DNA from: a virus
Taxonomy: Duplodnaviria; Caudoviricetes
Direction: 5' to 3' (one strand)
Length of the DNA: 54,966 bases
IMG/VR virus record: IMGVR_UViG_3300014208_000051
Coordinates: 1-54,966 of that record
Positions 1 to 8,791 of this stretch are shown piece by piece. Under the pieces are notes generated by a model. The model saw only the letters and a program-made list of their open reading frames with translations. It made no database searches and had not been told where the DNA came from. The position numbers were made by a program, and so were the translations under genes. Every line of letters begins with the position of its first letter. The stretch's first letter is position 1.

Positions 1-62
1 AATGTGTATATACTTGTTCAATCATTCAGTACAAATATAATAATAATAATCGACACCACCAA

Positions 63-395
63 CTAAAGACCACGTAATTTATCAATTTCTTTCTGTCTTT
101 TTTTATCATTCTGATAACCTGGAAATCTACGATAAACTAACTCAATTGATTGAATTTTTGTTATGTGATTACAAATCAATTGCTCCATAAACTTTGACAC
201 CTTCAGGATTGCAGTGTTTACATTGATATTCTTTTCAATCTCTTTGTGAAATAAACCGATTGAATAGTTATACCGATAAACATAAATTCGTTCCTCATCG
301 GTTTTCATATATTTTAGCAAACCCTCAATTGATAATTCGACAATCGAAGATAATTTTTCTAATCTGTTTCGTTTCTTCATTACATAAACCCCCAT
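63..395 (-). CDS. hypothetical protein
   Basis: 110-aa ORF in the early-type cassette array. Confidence 0.6.
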   Translation of the reverse strand: MGVYVMKKRNRLEKLSSIVELSIEGLLKYMKTDEERIYVYRYNYSIGLFHKEIEKNINVNTAILKVSKFMEQLICNHITKIQSIELVYRRFPGYQNDKKRQKEIDKLRGL

Positions 396-415
396 TTACT
401 TTCAGATTTTTTGTC

Positions 416-610
416 TTAGACTTCTTCTAGTTTAATCATTTTAGGCTGTTCGATTGGAAAACGTTCATCCAACCACTCACGCAAATCCTTTACAGATTCA
501 GGGTTAAGATTCATATTTTTTGTGTCGCCTTCAGTTGAAGTAACCTTAAACGATGCAGGATAAACACCATCAGTTTTAACCCTGTTCAATTGGTCTTTGT
601 AGTAACTCAT
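416..610 (-). CDS. hypothetical protein
   Basis: 64-aa ORF directly behind a TATCTTTG promoter (636-643). Confidence 0.65.
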   Translation of the reverse strand: MSYYKDQLNRVKTDGVYPASFKVTSTEGDTKNMNLNPESVKDLREWLDERFPIEQPKMIKLEEV

Positions 611-635
611 TGTATTTGTTTTTTAGTTTGTACAT

Positions 636-667
636 CAAAGATAAAACTATTTTTCGACACTGCCAAA
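636..667 (-). promoter_or_regulatory. Bacteroidota sigma70-type promoter (-33 TTTG, -7 TATCTTTG), representative copy
   Basis: + strand caaagata 636-643 and ccaaa 663-667; same -7 box near 32, 1005, 2180, 2999, 3664, 4500, 4988, 6107, 6949, 12256, 34298, 37762, 38951, 51950. Confidence 0.8.
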
Positions 668-979
668 TTATCTGTCACCACATTCTAACAAATAATCCAT
701 ACCATCATCTAAATCACTCCATTCTCTGTTAGGAACAATTACATTATCATAATAACGTGCATTTGCAGGACTGATTCTGGTTGTGTTATTCCTTTTAGTT
801 GGGGTTACATTGTTCCAGTAATAGTCTTTGCACTGTGTTCCTCGTTTAGTCTTGCAAAAAACCTGTTGGTAAACTTCTTTGGTAAAGAACTCACCACACG
901 AAGGACATTGACATAAATCCCCGACCTTTTTACTCTTGTTGTCGTTGTAACCCTGTTTTAATTTACTAATTGATGACAT
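668..979 (-). CDS. Cys-rich putative zinc-binding hypothetical protein
   Basis: start re-assigned to MSSISK behind promoter at ~1005; CxxC plus further Cys. Confidence 0.65.
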   Translation of the reverse strand: MSSISKLKQGYNDNKSKKVGDLCQCPSCGEFFTKEVYQQVFCKTKRGTQCKDYYWNNVTPTKRNNTTRISPANARYYDNVIVPNREWSDLDDGMDYLLECGDR

Positions 980-1105
980 TGTGTGTGTGTTTATAATTTC
1001 TATACAAATATACAAATTAATGTAATACCATCCAAATAAAAATGAATTTATTTTTCGGTAGAGGAACTTCAGATCATCGACCCGTTCCGGTGCTCCGGAT
1101 ACAAC

Positions 1106-1162
1106 ATTTTGTTTGGCTCGAAGACAAGTTGACCTTGATAATGTCCTTGAGCCAAACAAAAT
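1106..1162. repeat. inverted-repeat element copy 1
   Basis: attttgtttggctc-29 nt-gagccaaacaaaat. Confidence 0.95.
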
Positions 1163-1258
1163 AACCCCCGTTGCCATCTCCGGGCGCAGATCACCAGCAT
1201 CGTGGGCACAAAAAACCTTCGATGTAATACCGAAGGCTTTAATACAAACTTTAAAAAA

Positions 1259-1639
1259 CTATATCAACTCTAAAATCTTTCTGTATGACTGTTTATATTT
1301 ACGATAATCTTCGATTTTCAATAACCAAAGGGCGTATCGTTTATTTTCTGGAAAGTCATAACAGATACTAATCCTTTTAACATTTGGTTTTTCAGCAACT
1401 GCACGACACCAATCTTTCATGTTCTCCAATGTACCGTATGAGAATACTGTTGTTCCCTTACCGATTCCCATTATGTATGACTGAGGAGCGTATGAACCAT
1501 TCTCGAACATAATTTTTACTATTGCGAACTTATTCGATAGGATTTTCACTATCTTGTCCGTTGGACGCTCCACCTTCAACGCCTCCTCTATTGTCTTGTA
1601 ATGTGGCCTCATGTTGTATTTTTTTAATTGATTCGACAT
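1259..1639 (-). CDS. hypothetical protein
   Basis: 126-aa ORF, start uncertain. Confidence 0.55.
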   Translation of the reverse strand: MSNQLKKYNMRPHYKTIEEALKVERPTDKIVKILSNKFAIVKIMFENGSYAPQSYIMGIGKGTTVFSYGTLENMKDWCRAVAEKPNVKRISICYDFPENKRYALWLLKIEDYRKYKQSYRKILELI

Positions 1640-1695
1640 ATTTTTTTACTTCCTGTAAATTGTACCTGCTCACAATAAGTTGACCTTCAAGTGTC

Positions 1696-1968
1696 TTAGA
1701 CTTCAACGCCTTCATGAATTGTCGATGAGTTATCATATTCGTAGATTTCAGTAAGTTTATCATAACCTTGAAAAGACACCCGAAAATCGTTAAAATCCTT
1801 TTCACTTGCTAACCGAACCGTTCCATCACTAACATAAATCGTTGAACTGTTAGATAAATAACTACCTTTTAAGATTGACGTGTGTAATATACAAACTCGT
1901 TCAGGTTGTTCAGGTAAGATATAACCTAAAGTGTGTTCGTTAAATACAACTAATTTGATTCGTTCCAT
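1696..1968 (-). CDS. hypothetical protein
   Basis: 90-aa ORF, 4 nt downstream of previous gene. Confidence 0.65.
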   Translation of the reverse strand: MERIKLVVFNEHTLGYILPEQPERVCILHTSILKGSYLSNSSTIYVSDGTVRLASEKDFNDFRVSFQGYDKLTEIYEYDNSSTIHEGVEV

Positions 1969-1972
1969 TGGT

Positions 1973-2161
1973 TTAATCTATTGTTAAGTCACCACCAAAA
2001 ACATCTATAACACCAATAGTATTATGTTCGTTGTCAAAAAATTCAACTATGTACATACATCTGTCACCATAATCATATACTATGGTTCCTTTCGTTCCTT
2101 TTTTTATTTCTTTTGTGTCAACAGTTAATGTGACACAATCCAATTCGTTTAATCCGTTCAT
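1973..2161 (-). CDS. DUF4926-like small protein
   Basis: ELDCVTL...KGTKGTIV..Y...YIVEF pattern. Confidence 0.6.
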   Translation of the reverse strand: MNGLNELDCVTLTVDTKEIKKGTKGTIVYDYGDRCMYIVEFFDNEHNTIGVIDVFGGDLTID

Positions 2162-2300
2162 TTGTCTTAGTTTGTATATCAAAGATACAAATTAATGTAA
2201 TACCAACCAAATATAAATGAAACTATTTTTAAAAATGTTTATACTACAAATATACGAATTTTTTTTGATCGATCCAAGAATTCTCCAGGCTTCCTGAAGT

Positions 2301-2354
2301 CATTTTGTTTGGCTCAATGGTAACTGTTCCTGTAAGACAGAGCCAAACAAAATG
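2301..2354. repeat. inverted-repeat element copy 2
   Basis: cattttgtttggctc-24 nt-gagccaaacaaaatg. Confidence 0.95.
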
Positions 2355-2463
2355 GTGAGGTGATCGCAGCTCCGGACGCGTGTGGATACGAAGTCCGTCT
2401 TCGTAAAAACAAAAACCCCCGATGTAATACTACACCGAGGGTTTCACAAACTATATACAAACT

Positions 2464-2823
2464 TTATAAAACACCAACTGTCACAAGGTACGGAATCGTT
2501 TGTTCGTAAGTAAAAAACTCAATCCGTTCCTTTAAGTATTCAACGGTTAACGTGGTACTTTTTGAATCCCCTGTGTTATGGTTAATACCCAACACCAAAC
2601 CGTTTCCCCCGAGTTTCATATTGTTACCCTTGAATCCAAAAAACTTTGAATTTTTGTCAATGTGCAACAACCCTTCGTCATCAACATATATGTCGTTCTT
2701 ATTGTCAACCCGAACAACATCGAACAAATCACATCCAATCTTTTTTTGAATGTCTTTATAGTCACCTACTTCGACTTCTGTAATCGTTTCAGTCTTCACG
2801 TCAATTAATATACCTTTTTTCAT
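2464..2823 (-). CDS. DUF3846-like protein
   Basis: IQKKIGC...IYVDDEGLL...GNGLVLG motif. Confidence 0.7.
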   Translation of the reverse strand: MKKGILIDVKTETITEVEVGDYKDIQKKIGCDLFDVVRVDNKNDIYVDDEGLLHIDKNSKFFGFKGNNMKLGGNGLVLGINHNTGDSKSTTLTVEYLKERIEFFTYEQTIPYLVTVGVL

Positions 2824-3109
2824 TACAATTTGATTTTACCTGTTAATACACTATAACCTAACCAAATAAAAACACACCCAATAATAAAGGGGAATAAATG
2901 GAAACTGTTTAACTGATGGTAAACAATTGATATTCCAAAATACAATCCGATTAATCCTAATACGATTTTCATTTGTCTTTGTTTTAAAGTTTGTACTTCA
3001 AAGATATAAAATAAAACAATACCAACCTACTAAAAATGAATTTATTTTCAATCTTTTTTGTATTATTTTCGCGATCCCGATGCGCCTGAAGATGCCCCGC
3101 ATCATCACC

Positions 3110-3151
3110 CATTTTGTTTGGCTCGAATTATGTTCAATAGAGCCAAACAAA
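3110..3151. repeat. inverted-repeat element copy 3
   Basis: 15-nt spacer containing TTATGTTCAAT. Confidence 0.95.
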
Positions 3152-3206
3152 TTGACGACCCTCGCAAACAGGTACGCTGGATCTTCAGTCCCAAACTTCT
3201 TGGATA

Positions 3207-3241
3207 TAAAAAAACCTCCACCGATTTCTCGATGAAGGTTT
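3207..3241 (-). terminator. intrinsic terminator (near-identical copy at 5703-5734)
   Basis: aaaaaaacctccaccgatttctcgatgaaggttt: hairpin followed by a T-tract on the - strand. Confidence 0.6.
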
Positions 3242-3259
3242 CCCCGAATTGATTTATGT

Positions 3260-3625
3260 TTATTCCATAACCACAACTGAAACCAATAACCTTTTTTTCG
3301 GTGACCAGTTTTTCATGTAGTCTTCAACGAATTGATAAAATCCATACGGTGAATCGGCCACCTTCTGACTCATTTTATCGAAACTCTTTTGTGTCTTAGG
3401 TTGTTTCAAACCCAACAATTTAACCCCTGCGAAAAGTTCACGGTCAACTGTCCGTTCGTCAACATCTTTCTGTGTACCCAAATGAATTGAATGTTCAGGG
3501 TTCATACCGATTAATTGTTGACCATCCATTTTCATCATAAATGACTGAATGAGTAACATGTCTTTACTTAACAATGTTTGTTCATCCTTTGATAACTCCT
3601 TTTGATTTTTTCCGTAATAGTTCAT
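3260..3625 (-). CDS. hypothetical protein
   Basis: 121-aa ORF with its own promoter and terminator. Confidence 0.75.
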   Translation of the reverse strand: MNYYGKNQKELSKDEQTLLSKDMLLIQSFMMKMDGQQLIGMNPEHSIHLGTQKDVDERTVDRELFAGVKLLGLKQPKTQKSFDKMSQKVADSPYGFYQFVEDYMKNWSPKKRLLVSVVVME

Positions 3626-3765
3626 GACGTTGTTGTTTTAAAGTTTGTAATTGATTAACACAACAAAGATATAAAACTATTTTGAATATACAACTATATT
3701 ATACTTTTATTTTTAAATTATTTTTAGGGTGGGCCTGTGCGAATCCACTGCACAGATCACCTAAG

Positions 3766-3815
3766 TTGTTTGGCTCATGAACATAATGGTATATATGTAA
3801 GACAGAGCCAAACAA
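3766..3815. repeat. inverted-repeat element copy 4
   Basis: 28-nt spacer; dif-like CATGAACATAA-TGGTAT-ATATGTAAGAC. Confidence 0.95.
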
Positions 3816-3911
3816 AATGACGACATCCAGCGCGTATGACCCTCTTCCAGCGCTTCTTGAGCATAAAAAAAGGTGACTGTTGCCAGCCACCCTTTAATAC
3901 AAACTTCAAAA

Positions 3912-4475
3912 CTATTTGATGTACAAACTTTCTTTATAATATAAACGGTTTGCATTGTAGTCAGCCACTTCATTATGTTTACCCACTTTACCGTACAACC
4001 TTTTTACATTTCGGTAAATATCCGAACTTGGTCGGGTTCTGTAATTCTTAACCAACTCACAAAACAATTCATTTGATTGGTCAACTTCGTATTGACTTGC
4101 CGTAATACCAAAGTAGTCGGCTTCCCCAACTTCACTAATGAACATACCTGTGTGAAACCCTTCTAATTTGAACCGATTAACATAAATGTCGGCATTACAC
4201 CAAATATATACATTGTTAGGGTTGTTACTTAATACCTTCACAAATGATTCATCAATGATATGACCCTTATAACCGATAAACCCGCCAGCAGTCAAAAGTC
4301 CATAAGGTGAACCATGACCCATTATCATAACTCTGTCGTAGTCGGGAATGATTGTACGAATTTCATCCTGTCGGATTCCGTCACCTGTTAGAACTGTTAT
4401 ACCCTTCATTCCTTTGTAGATAATACTTAAAAAATCTGTTGATTCGTCTTTTGGATGAATGATTAATGTTTTCAT
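3912..4475 (-). CDS. hypothetical protein, possible caspase/gingipain-like (His-Gly...Cys) fold
   Basis: IMGHGS...YIWCNA; fold assignment is inference. Confidence 0.7.
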   Translation of the reverse strand: MKTLIIHPKDESTDFLSIIYKGMKGITVLTGDGIRQDEIRTIIPDYDRVMIMGHGSPYGLLTAGGFIGYKGHIIDESFVKVLSNNPNNVYIWCNADIYVNRFKLEGFHTGMFISEVGEADYFGITASQYEVDQSNELFCELVKNYRTRPSSDIYRNVKRLYGKVGKHNEVADYNANRLYYKESLYIK

Positions 4476-4544
4476 TTCGTTGTTTTAAAGTTTGTACGTC
4501 AAAGATAAGCTTTTTTATAATACCAGCCAAATAAAATGAAATTA

Positions 4545-4961
4545 TTATTTATATCCGAAACAAATTGATATACCGTTGTCTTTCACATAAATGGCGTACT
4601 TTGTGTACTTAGGATTGTAGGTGAAATTTGACGCGTTAGTCTTTAAATAAGTAACAAGGTCAAAATTATTATGGTTCAATAAATTGACCCCTATAAAACA
4701 AACGTTGATGCTAATGCCACCCATCTCATTAATGATTGTCATCACGTTCGGAAATTCACCGTTTTTGTTAAAGTAATTTGTACATTTTTCACAAACTATT
4801 AACAATTCGGCATCCCATTCTAAAATTCCTACAGGAGGAGTAGCGGTAATCCTTAAATTGTTAATTGATTCAAGATATGTGTTTTTTTCTTCAGGAATAA
4901 TATCCTCTTTGGTACAAGAAACCAAAACAAGTAATACCACAAACAAATAAATCCTTTTCAT
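4545..4961 (-). CDS. putative lipoprotein
   Basis: MKRIYLFVVLLVLVS-C lipobox. Confidence 0.65.
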   Translation of the reverse strand: MKRIYLFVVLLVLVSCTKEDIIPEEKNTYLESINNLRITATPPVGILEWDAELLIVCEKCTNYFNKNGEFPNVMTIINEMGGISINVCFIGVNLLNHNNFDLVTYLKTNASNFTYNPKYTKYAIYVKDNGISICFGYK

Positions 4962-5079
4962 AACCATATACTTTAAAGATTGTATAGCAAATATACACAT
5001 TAATGTAATACCATCCAAACAAATATAGATTTATTTTCACGACCATCCTCGATGCGCCCAAAGCTGAGATCAACCGTCT

Positions 5080-5120
5080 TTTTGTTTGGCTCACGTTATG
5101 TTCAATAGAGCCAAACAAAA
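5080..5120. repeat. inverted-repeat element copy 5
   Basis: 15-nt spacer containing TTATGTTCAAT. Confidence 0.95.
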
Positions 5121-5175
5121 TGAACACCATGTCATCTAACTGTACAGGATTAACATTTATCAAAAAAAAAAGGAA

Positions 5176-5475
5176 CTAATCGTTCCCATTCTCTTTAATG
5201 ATACTTAATATCTGACCCCAATACTTTGGCAACATCTTACTTACTCTGGCCTTGTGTTTCTCGTTTAAATGATTAGATTTGTCCGTCAATAACCATTCAG
5301 CAACCCAAGTAAGATAACGACAATCAGAAGAATTGAACCCTCTATTATTTGAAACTTTTGTTTCCTTAATCTTTTTTTCATCTTCAGTTTGTCTGTGATA
5401 GAGAACAATAACACCCCTTTCCATCCACCGAGAATCATTTTTTAATTTGTCTATAATGTTGTCTTTTGTAAACAT
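5176..5475 (-). CDS. conserved-looking phage hypothetical protein
   Basis: LYHRQTEDE...NNRGFN...KYWGQ. Confidence 0.75.
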   Translation of the reverse strand: MFTKDNIIDKLKNDSRWMERGVIVLYHRQTEDEKKIKETKVSNNRGFNSSDCRYLTWVAEWLLTDKSNHLNEKHKARVSKMLPKYWGQILSIIKENGND

Positions 5476-5608
5476 AGTATAAAAATTTAAGTGATATACT
5501 TTGTATTATTACTGATATGAAGTAACTCAAATAAATCCACATTACCAAATATTTTGCCATTTATTTTTTATAACTATCCTCGGTGCATCTGGAGATGAAA
5601 TCAATCGT

Positions 5609-5653
5609 CATTTTGTTTGGCTCAATTTAACATAATCTGAGCCAAACAAAATG
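5609..5653. repeat. inverted-repeat element copy 6
   Basis: 15-nt spacer with ATTTAACATAA, the exact reverse complement of the E. coli XerD arm. Confidence 0.95.
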
Positions 5654-5757
5654 TCCCATATTTGCGCGCCCAGGCGCGCATGGATCAAACTTTATCCAAA
5701 ACAAAAAACCTCCACCGATTTCTCGATGGAGGTTAAAAATCAAAATAAAAAGTTATA

Positions 5758-6081
5758 TTACGCGTTTGAAAGATTAGAAATAAAACCGATTTTCTTAGCC
5801 GGTTCGATAGGTTCATCGTCTGTCAACAGACCCAAAAAATTATCTTCGTCAAGTTCATATGGTTCAATGTTACCATCGTTTTCTGTCAACTGAAAAACAA
5901 TATGTACTGATTCAGTATCGTTAAATTCAACATAACCAACGGTTGACTTTTCGGTGATAATCCATCCCAAATCGATAAAGGTATTAAGTAAACGATTTAC
6001 AAATTCATCCGACATATCGGTGTTGTTAACAACGTTAACCAAATTTTCACCGTCTAATACAAATTGAATGTTCTTTTTCAT
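5758..6081 (-). CDS. acidic hypothetical protein
   Basis: 107-aa ORF with its own promoter and terminator. Confidence 0.7.
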   Translation of the reverse strand: MKKNIQFVLDGENLVNVVNNTDMSDEFVNRLLNTFIDLGWIITEKSTVGYVEFNDTESVHIVFQLTENDGNIEPYELDEDNFLGLLTDDEPIEPAKKIGFISNLSNA

Positions 6082-6212
6082 TGTGTTTGTTTTAAAGTTT
6101 GTACTTCAAAGATACAAATTTATTTTTAATATCCTACAATAAAATAGATTTATTTTTAAATTATTTTCACGACCATCCTCGATACGCGCCCGGACGCATC
6201 CGGAACTCCCTT

Positions 6213-6263
6213 TTTGTTTGGCTCAATCTAACATAACTTTTATTACGTTCAGAGCCAAACAAA
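6213..6263. repeat. inverted-repeat element copy 7
   Basis: 27-nt spacer; dif-like ATCTAACATAA-CTTTTA-TTACGTTCAGA. Confidence 0.95.
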
Positions 6264-6301
6264 TTCTTCCACCTTTATCTCCGTCCCGTGTCGTCCAAAC
6301 T

Positions 6302-6329
6302 ACTTAACATAATATTATTTATACCTAAC
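6302..6329 (-). other. dif-like XerC/XerD site (11-6-11)
   Basis: - strand GTTAGGTATAA ATAATA TTATGTTAAGT versus E. coli dif GGTGCGCATAA TGTATA TTATGTTAAAT. Confidence 0.55.
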
Positions 6330-6373
6330 AAAAAAAACCCCTTTCGGGGTTCTTTTATTATGTTCGTTTGGTG

Positions 6374-6910
6374 TTATTCCACTTCGTAAACCACACCATT
6401 TAACGATAAGGTTTTGATGTTTTCAATCTTTGGGGTGATTACAGAAACAACCCTTTCTTGGTCTTGTCTTGTCGTTTCAGACGGTTTTTTTAACCAACCT
6501 GATAACAATTCCCTTTCGGGTTCGGTCATTGGTTCATCGTTTTTCAAGTATTCAACTTTCGGTTTAACTTCGTCAAAACGTTCAACCATCAAATAATATG
6601 TTAAACCTGTTTTGTCGTCAACCAAAACACATTTGGAAACGTGGGTTTTTCCACTTGGTTTCATGGATTGAAAATCCCCATCCAAACCTTCCTTTTTTTC
6701 GTTACTGTTGACCCTATCTTCGTAACCGTTACCGATTAGATAGTTACAGTTTGTTACTTTTTTAACGATACCAAAAAAAGGATTTCCCCCTTTGTTCATC
6801 GTTGGTACAGTTACCATAGTCACGTTGATAAACGTTGATTTTTCAACTTGTTTCAATACTTCAACCAATTCAGGAACTGAAACTTTTACCACTTGTTTTT
6901 CTGTTGTCAT
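6374..6910 (-). CDS. hypothetical protein
   Basis: 178-aa ORF, promoter at 6949, cUUCGg-type terminator at ~6331-6352. Confidence 0.8.
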   Translation of the reverse strand: MTTEKQVVKVSVPELVEVLKQVEKSTFINVTMVTVPTMNKGGNPFFGIVKKVTNCNYLIGNGYEDRVNSNEKKEGLDGDFQSMKPSGKTHVSKCVLVDDKTGLTYYLMVERFDEVKPKVEYLKNDEPMTEPERELLSGWLKKPSETTRQDQERVVSVITPKIENIKTLSLNGVVYEVE

Positions 6911-7031
6911 TTCGTCGTCGTTTTAAAGTTTGTAATTTGATAACACTACAAAGATAAAACAATATTTCATACCACCAAAATAAAACTACATTTATTTTTC
7001 ATGTTCGATAACATACGAAAATGTTTGGAAG

Positions 7032-7086
7032 TTATCCATAAACCCTTATCAGTTTTCTTTGAAAACTGATAAGGGTTTATGGATAA
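7032..7086. repeat. perfect 26-bp inverted repeat with 3-nt centre
   Basis: ttatccataaacccttatcagttttc-ttt-gaaaactgataagggtttatggataa. Confidence 0.95.
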
Positions 7087-7090
7087 AATA

Positions 7091-7132
7091 TTGTTTGGCT
7101 CAATGAACATAATGTAGGTGTGAGCCAAACAA
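7091..7132. repeat. inverted-repeat element copy 8
   Basis: 20-nt spacer starting AATGAACATAA. Confidence 0.95.
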
Positions 7133-7473
7133 ATTAGACCGACCCATTTTAAGACGATTTAAGACACGATAATTGTGGATGGTATTCGTTGTATGGTTTC
7201 ATGGGGTTCGTTTAAAGAACGTCACGAATGACCCACATAACGACCTACCCTACACTATCCCCACCATACCTCTGTACACCCATAGGGTACACCCCCCCCC
7301 TGCCGTATCCCCCCTTATATACCCCCATTTATCATAGTCTAAACAGGGGGTTAATGATCCGAGAGAAATATTTTGGCATTTTTTTGGTGTTTAGGGAAAG
7401 GTCAATAATATTAAAAAAAAATCTGGAAAAAATTTTGATAATTTGGAATTTTTATGTATTTTTAAATAAAAAA

Positions 7474-7806
7474 ATGAGTACAAAATTTGAAAGGACGAAT
7501 CATGATGACATTCTCAGGTCGTATAGTAAATTTCATGATTTAAAAAAAGTGTCTGATGAAATGTTAGTATCTGAGTATATTGTAAAAAAACTATTAATTA
7601 GTAGTGGGGTTGATTATGATTATACAAAAACCAAAGTAGATCGTGTTATTGGTTTATTGGATCATGATGAAGTCATAAAAAAATACCATGAAATCGGACA
7701 CACCAAATCAACGGCAAAATATTTTAATATATCAGTAACATCATTAGTAATAATTTTTGGAGTAATATTCAGCGGCTTCCTGTTGAGTAGGGAAATATTT
7801 AGGTAG
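7474..7806 (+). CDS. small protein with two HTH-like repeats (possible homing endonuclease remnant)
   Basis: start re-assigned to MSTKFE; 3' end overlaps the opposite gene. Confidence 0.45.
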   Translation: MSTKFERTNHDDILRSYSKFHDLKKVSDEMLVSEYIVKKLLISSGVDYDYTKTKVDRVIGLLDHDEVIKKYHEIGHTKSTAKYFNISVTSLVIIFGVIFSGFLLSREIFR

Positions 7807-8061
7807 TTGATGCATAACAGAAATAGGTTTCTTGAATTGAGAGTGATCAACAACACTGCATAATCTTTCTTTAGGATTAATTTCAAGGATTTGAAGACAA
7901 AATAATTCGTCCATATCCCAACCGTGTTCCATGAAGTAACCGCCAGGTTGAGCATTTTCCCATCGTTTTTGTTCTTCAATCCATTTTTCGCAAAGAAGAA
8001 TTATATCTTCGCCTGTAAGGTCTTCTGCGATGGATTTAATTTCATCTAATGTTTTAGTCAT
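7744..8061 (-). CDS. hypothetical protein
   Basis: 105-aa ORF in a tight minus-strand run. Confidence 0.6.
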   Translation of the reverse strand: MTKTLDEIKSIAEDLTGEDIILLCEKWIEEQKRWENAQPGGYFMEHGWDMDELFCLQILEINPKERLCSVVDHSQFKKPISVMHQLPKYFPTQQEAAEYYSKNYY

Positions 8062-8065
8062 AATA

Positions 8066-8281
8066 TTAATAGTTACGAGGTCTTTGGTATTTTCCTTTTT
8101 GGTAATATTTTTTAATTCCTATCATATCAAGTTGGGGGTTAATATTGGGATTAGTGCCTGATTCAACAATAATATAATTTCTGTAAGGAGTCATATAAGG
8201 TACCAAAGGGAGTTTATCATAATACGAATTGAATGGGGTAGATTTATTAACGTCATATTTTCTACCGAATTTAAAGTTCAT
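8066..8281 (-). CDS. hypothetical protein
   Basis: 71 aa; N-terminus FKFGR shared with the upstream gene. Confidence 0.5.
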   Translation of the reverse strand: MNFKFGRKYDVNKSTPFNSYYDKLPLVPYMTPYRNYIIVESGTNPNINPQLDMIGIKKYYQKGKYQRPRNY

Positions 8282-8492
8282 CTTCCCATCTAATTATTTG
8301 TTTAGAATTTATTTTCGCGGCAGGGTCAATCGAAATTATATAATTCATTGTTGTGCCGGAAACAAAAGTTTGTCTAGTAAGATAATCCATTGTTGTGCCG
8401 GAAACAAAAGTTTGTCCAGTAAGATAATCTGTTGTCATGCCAGAAATAAAACTTTCGTCATAAAGTTTATAAGGTCTACCGAATTTAAACAT
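8271..8492 (-). CDS. small protein with 14-aa tandem repeats
   Basis: 42-nt repeat encoding FVSGTTMDYLTxQT about 2.5 times. Confidence 0.55.
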   Translation of the reverse strand: MFKFGRPYKLYDESFISGMTTDYLTGQTFVSGTTMDYLTRQTFVSGTTMNYIISIDPAAKINSKQIIRWEDEL

Positions 8493-8709
8493 ACCATTTT
8501 TTGTATGATGTTTGTTCCATTTCTTCTTTCAGTATTTCATACCATAAGTCTTCCTCGTGGTAGATTCTATTTTGTTCATCTTGTAGTTGTTGGGATGATT
8601 GTTGATATATCCATAGGTCGTGAAAGTTTTGGGCTATCCTAACTTCTTCTTCGAAATCTTCGTCAGACATTCCGTATGGTTTATTAAAAGGGACAAATGG
8701 TTCTTCCAT
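8485..8709 (-). CDS. hypothetical protein
   Basis: 74-aa ORF, stop overlaps next start. Confidence 0.55.
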   Translation of the reverse strand: MEEPFVPFNKPYGMSDEDFEEEVRIAQNFHDLWIYQQSSQQLQDEQNRIYHEEDLWYEILKEEMEQTSYKKWYV

Positions 8710-8791
8710 AATTATAACTATTTATTGATTTACATAAATATAGGAAATTTTTTTGACTTTTAAAAATATTTATATATATAAAATTTGTAAA

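Noticed and set aside
2927-3276. ORFs crossing IR elements (2927+, 2998-, 3058+; likewise 1113+, 3699-, 3761-, 4891-, 5651+)
   Set aside because: They span promoters, terminators and repeats; their shared ILFGS-like peptides merely translate the repeat.
1106-7132. CRISPR array interpretation of the repeated element
   Set aside because: Repeats are inverted pairs separated by whole genes (0.5-1.3 kb), not direct repeats with ~30-nt spacers; no cas genes in the window.
1106-7132. Classical integron attC sites
   Set aside because: No RYYYAAC/GTTRRRY ends or extrahelical bases, arms are perfect, cassettes carry their own promoters, and no intI is present.
7228-7473. N-terminal extension of ORF 7228-7806
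   Set aside because: Pro/Tyr-rich translation of non-coding C-tracts; a better start exists at 7474.
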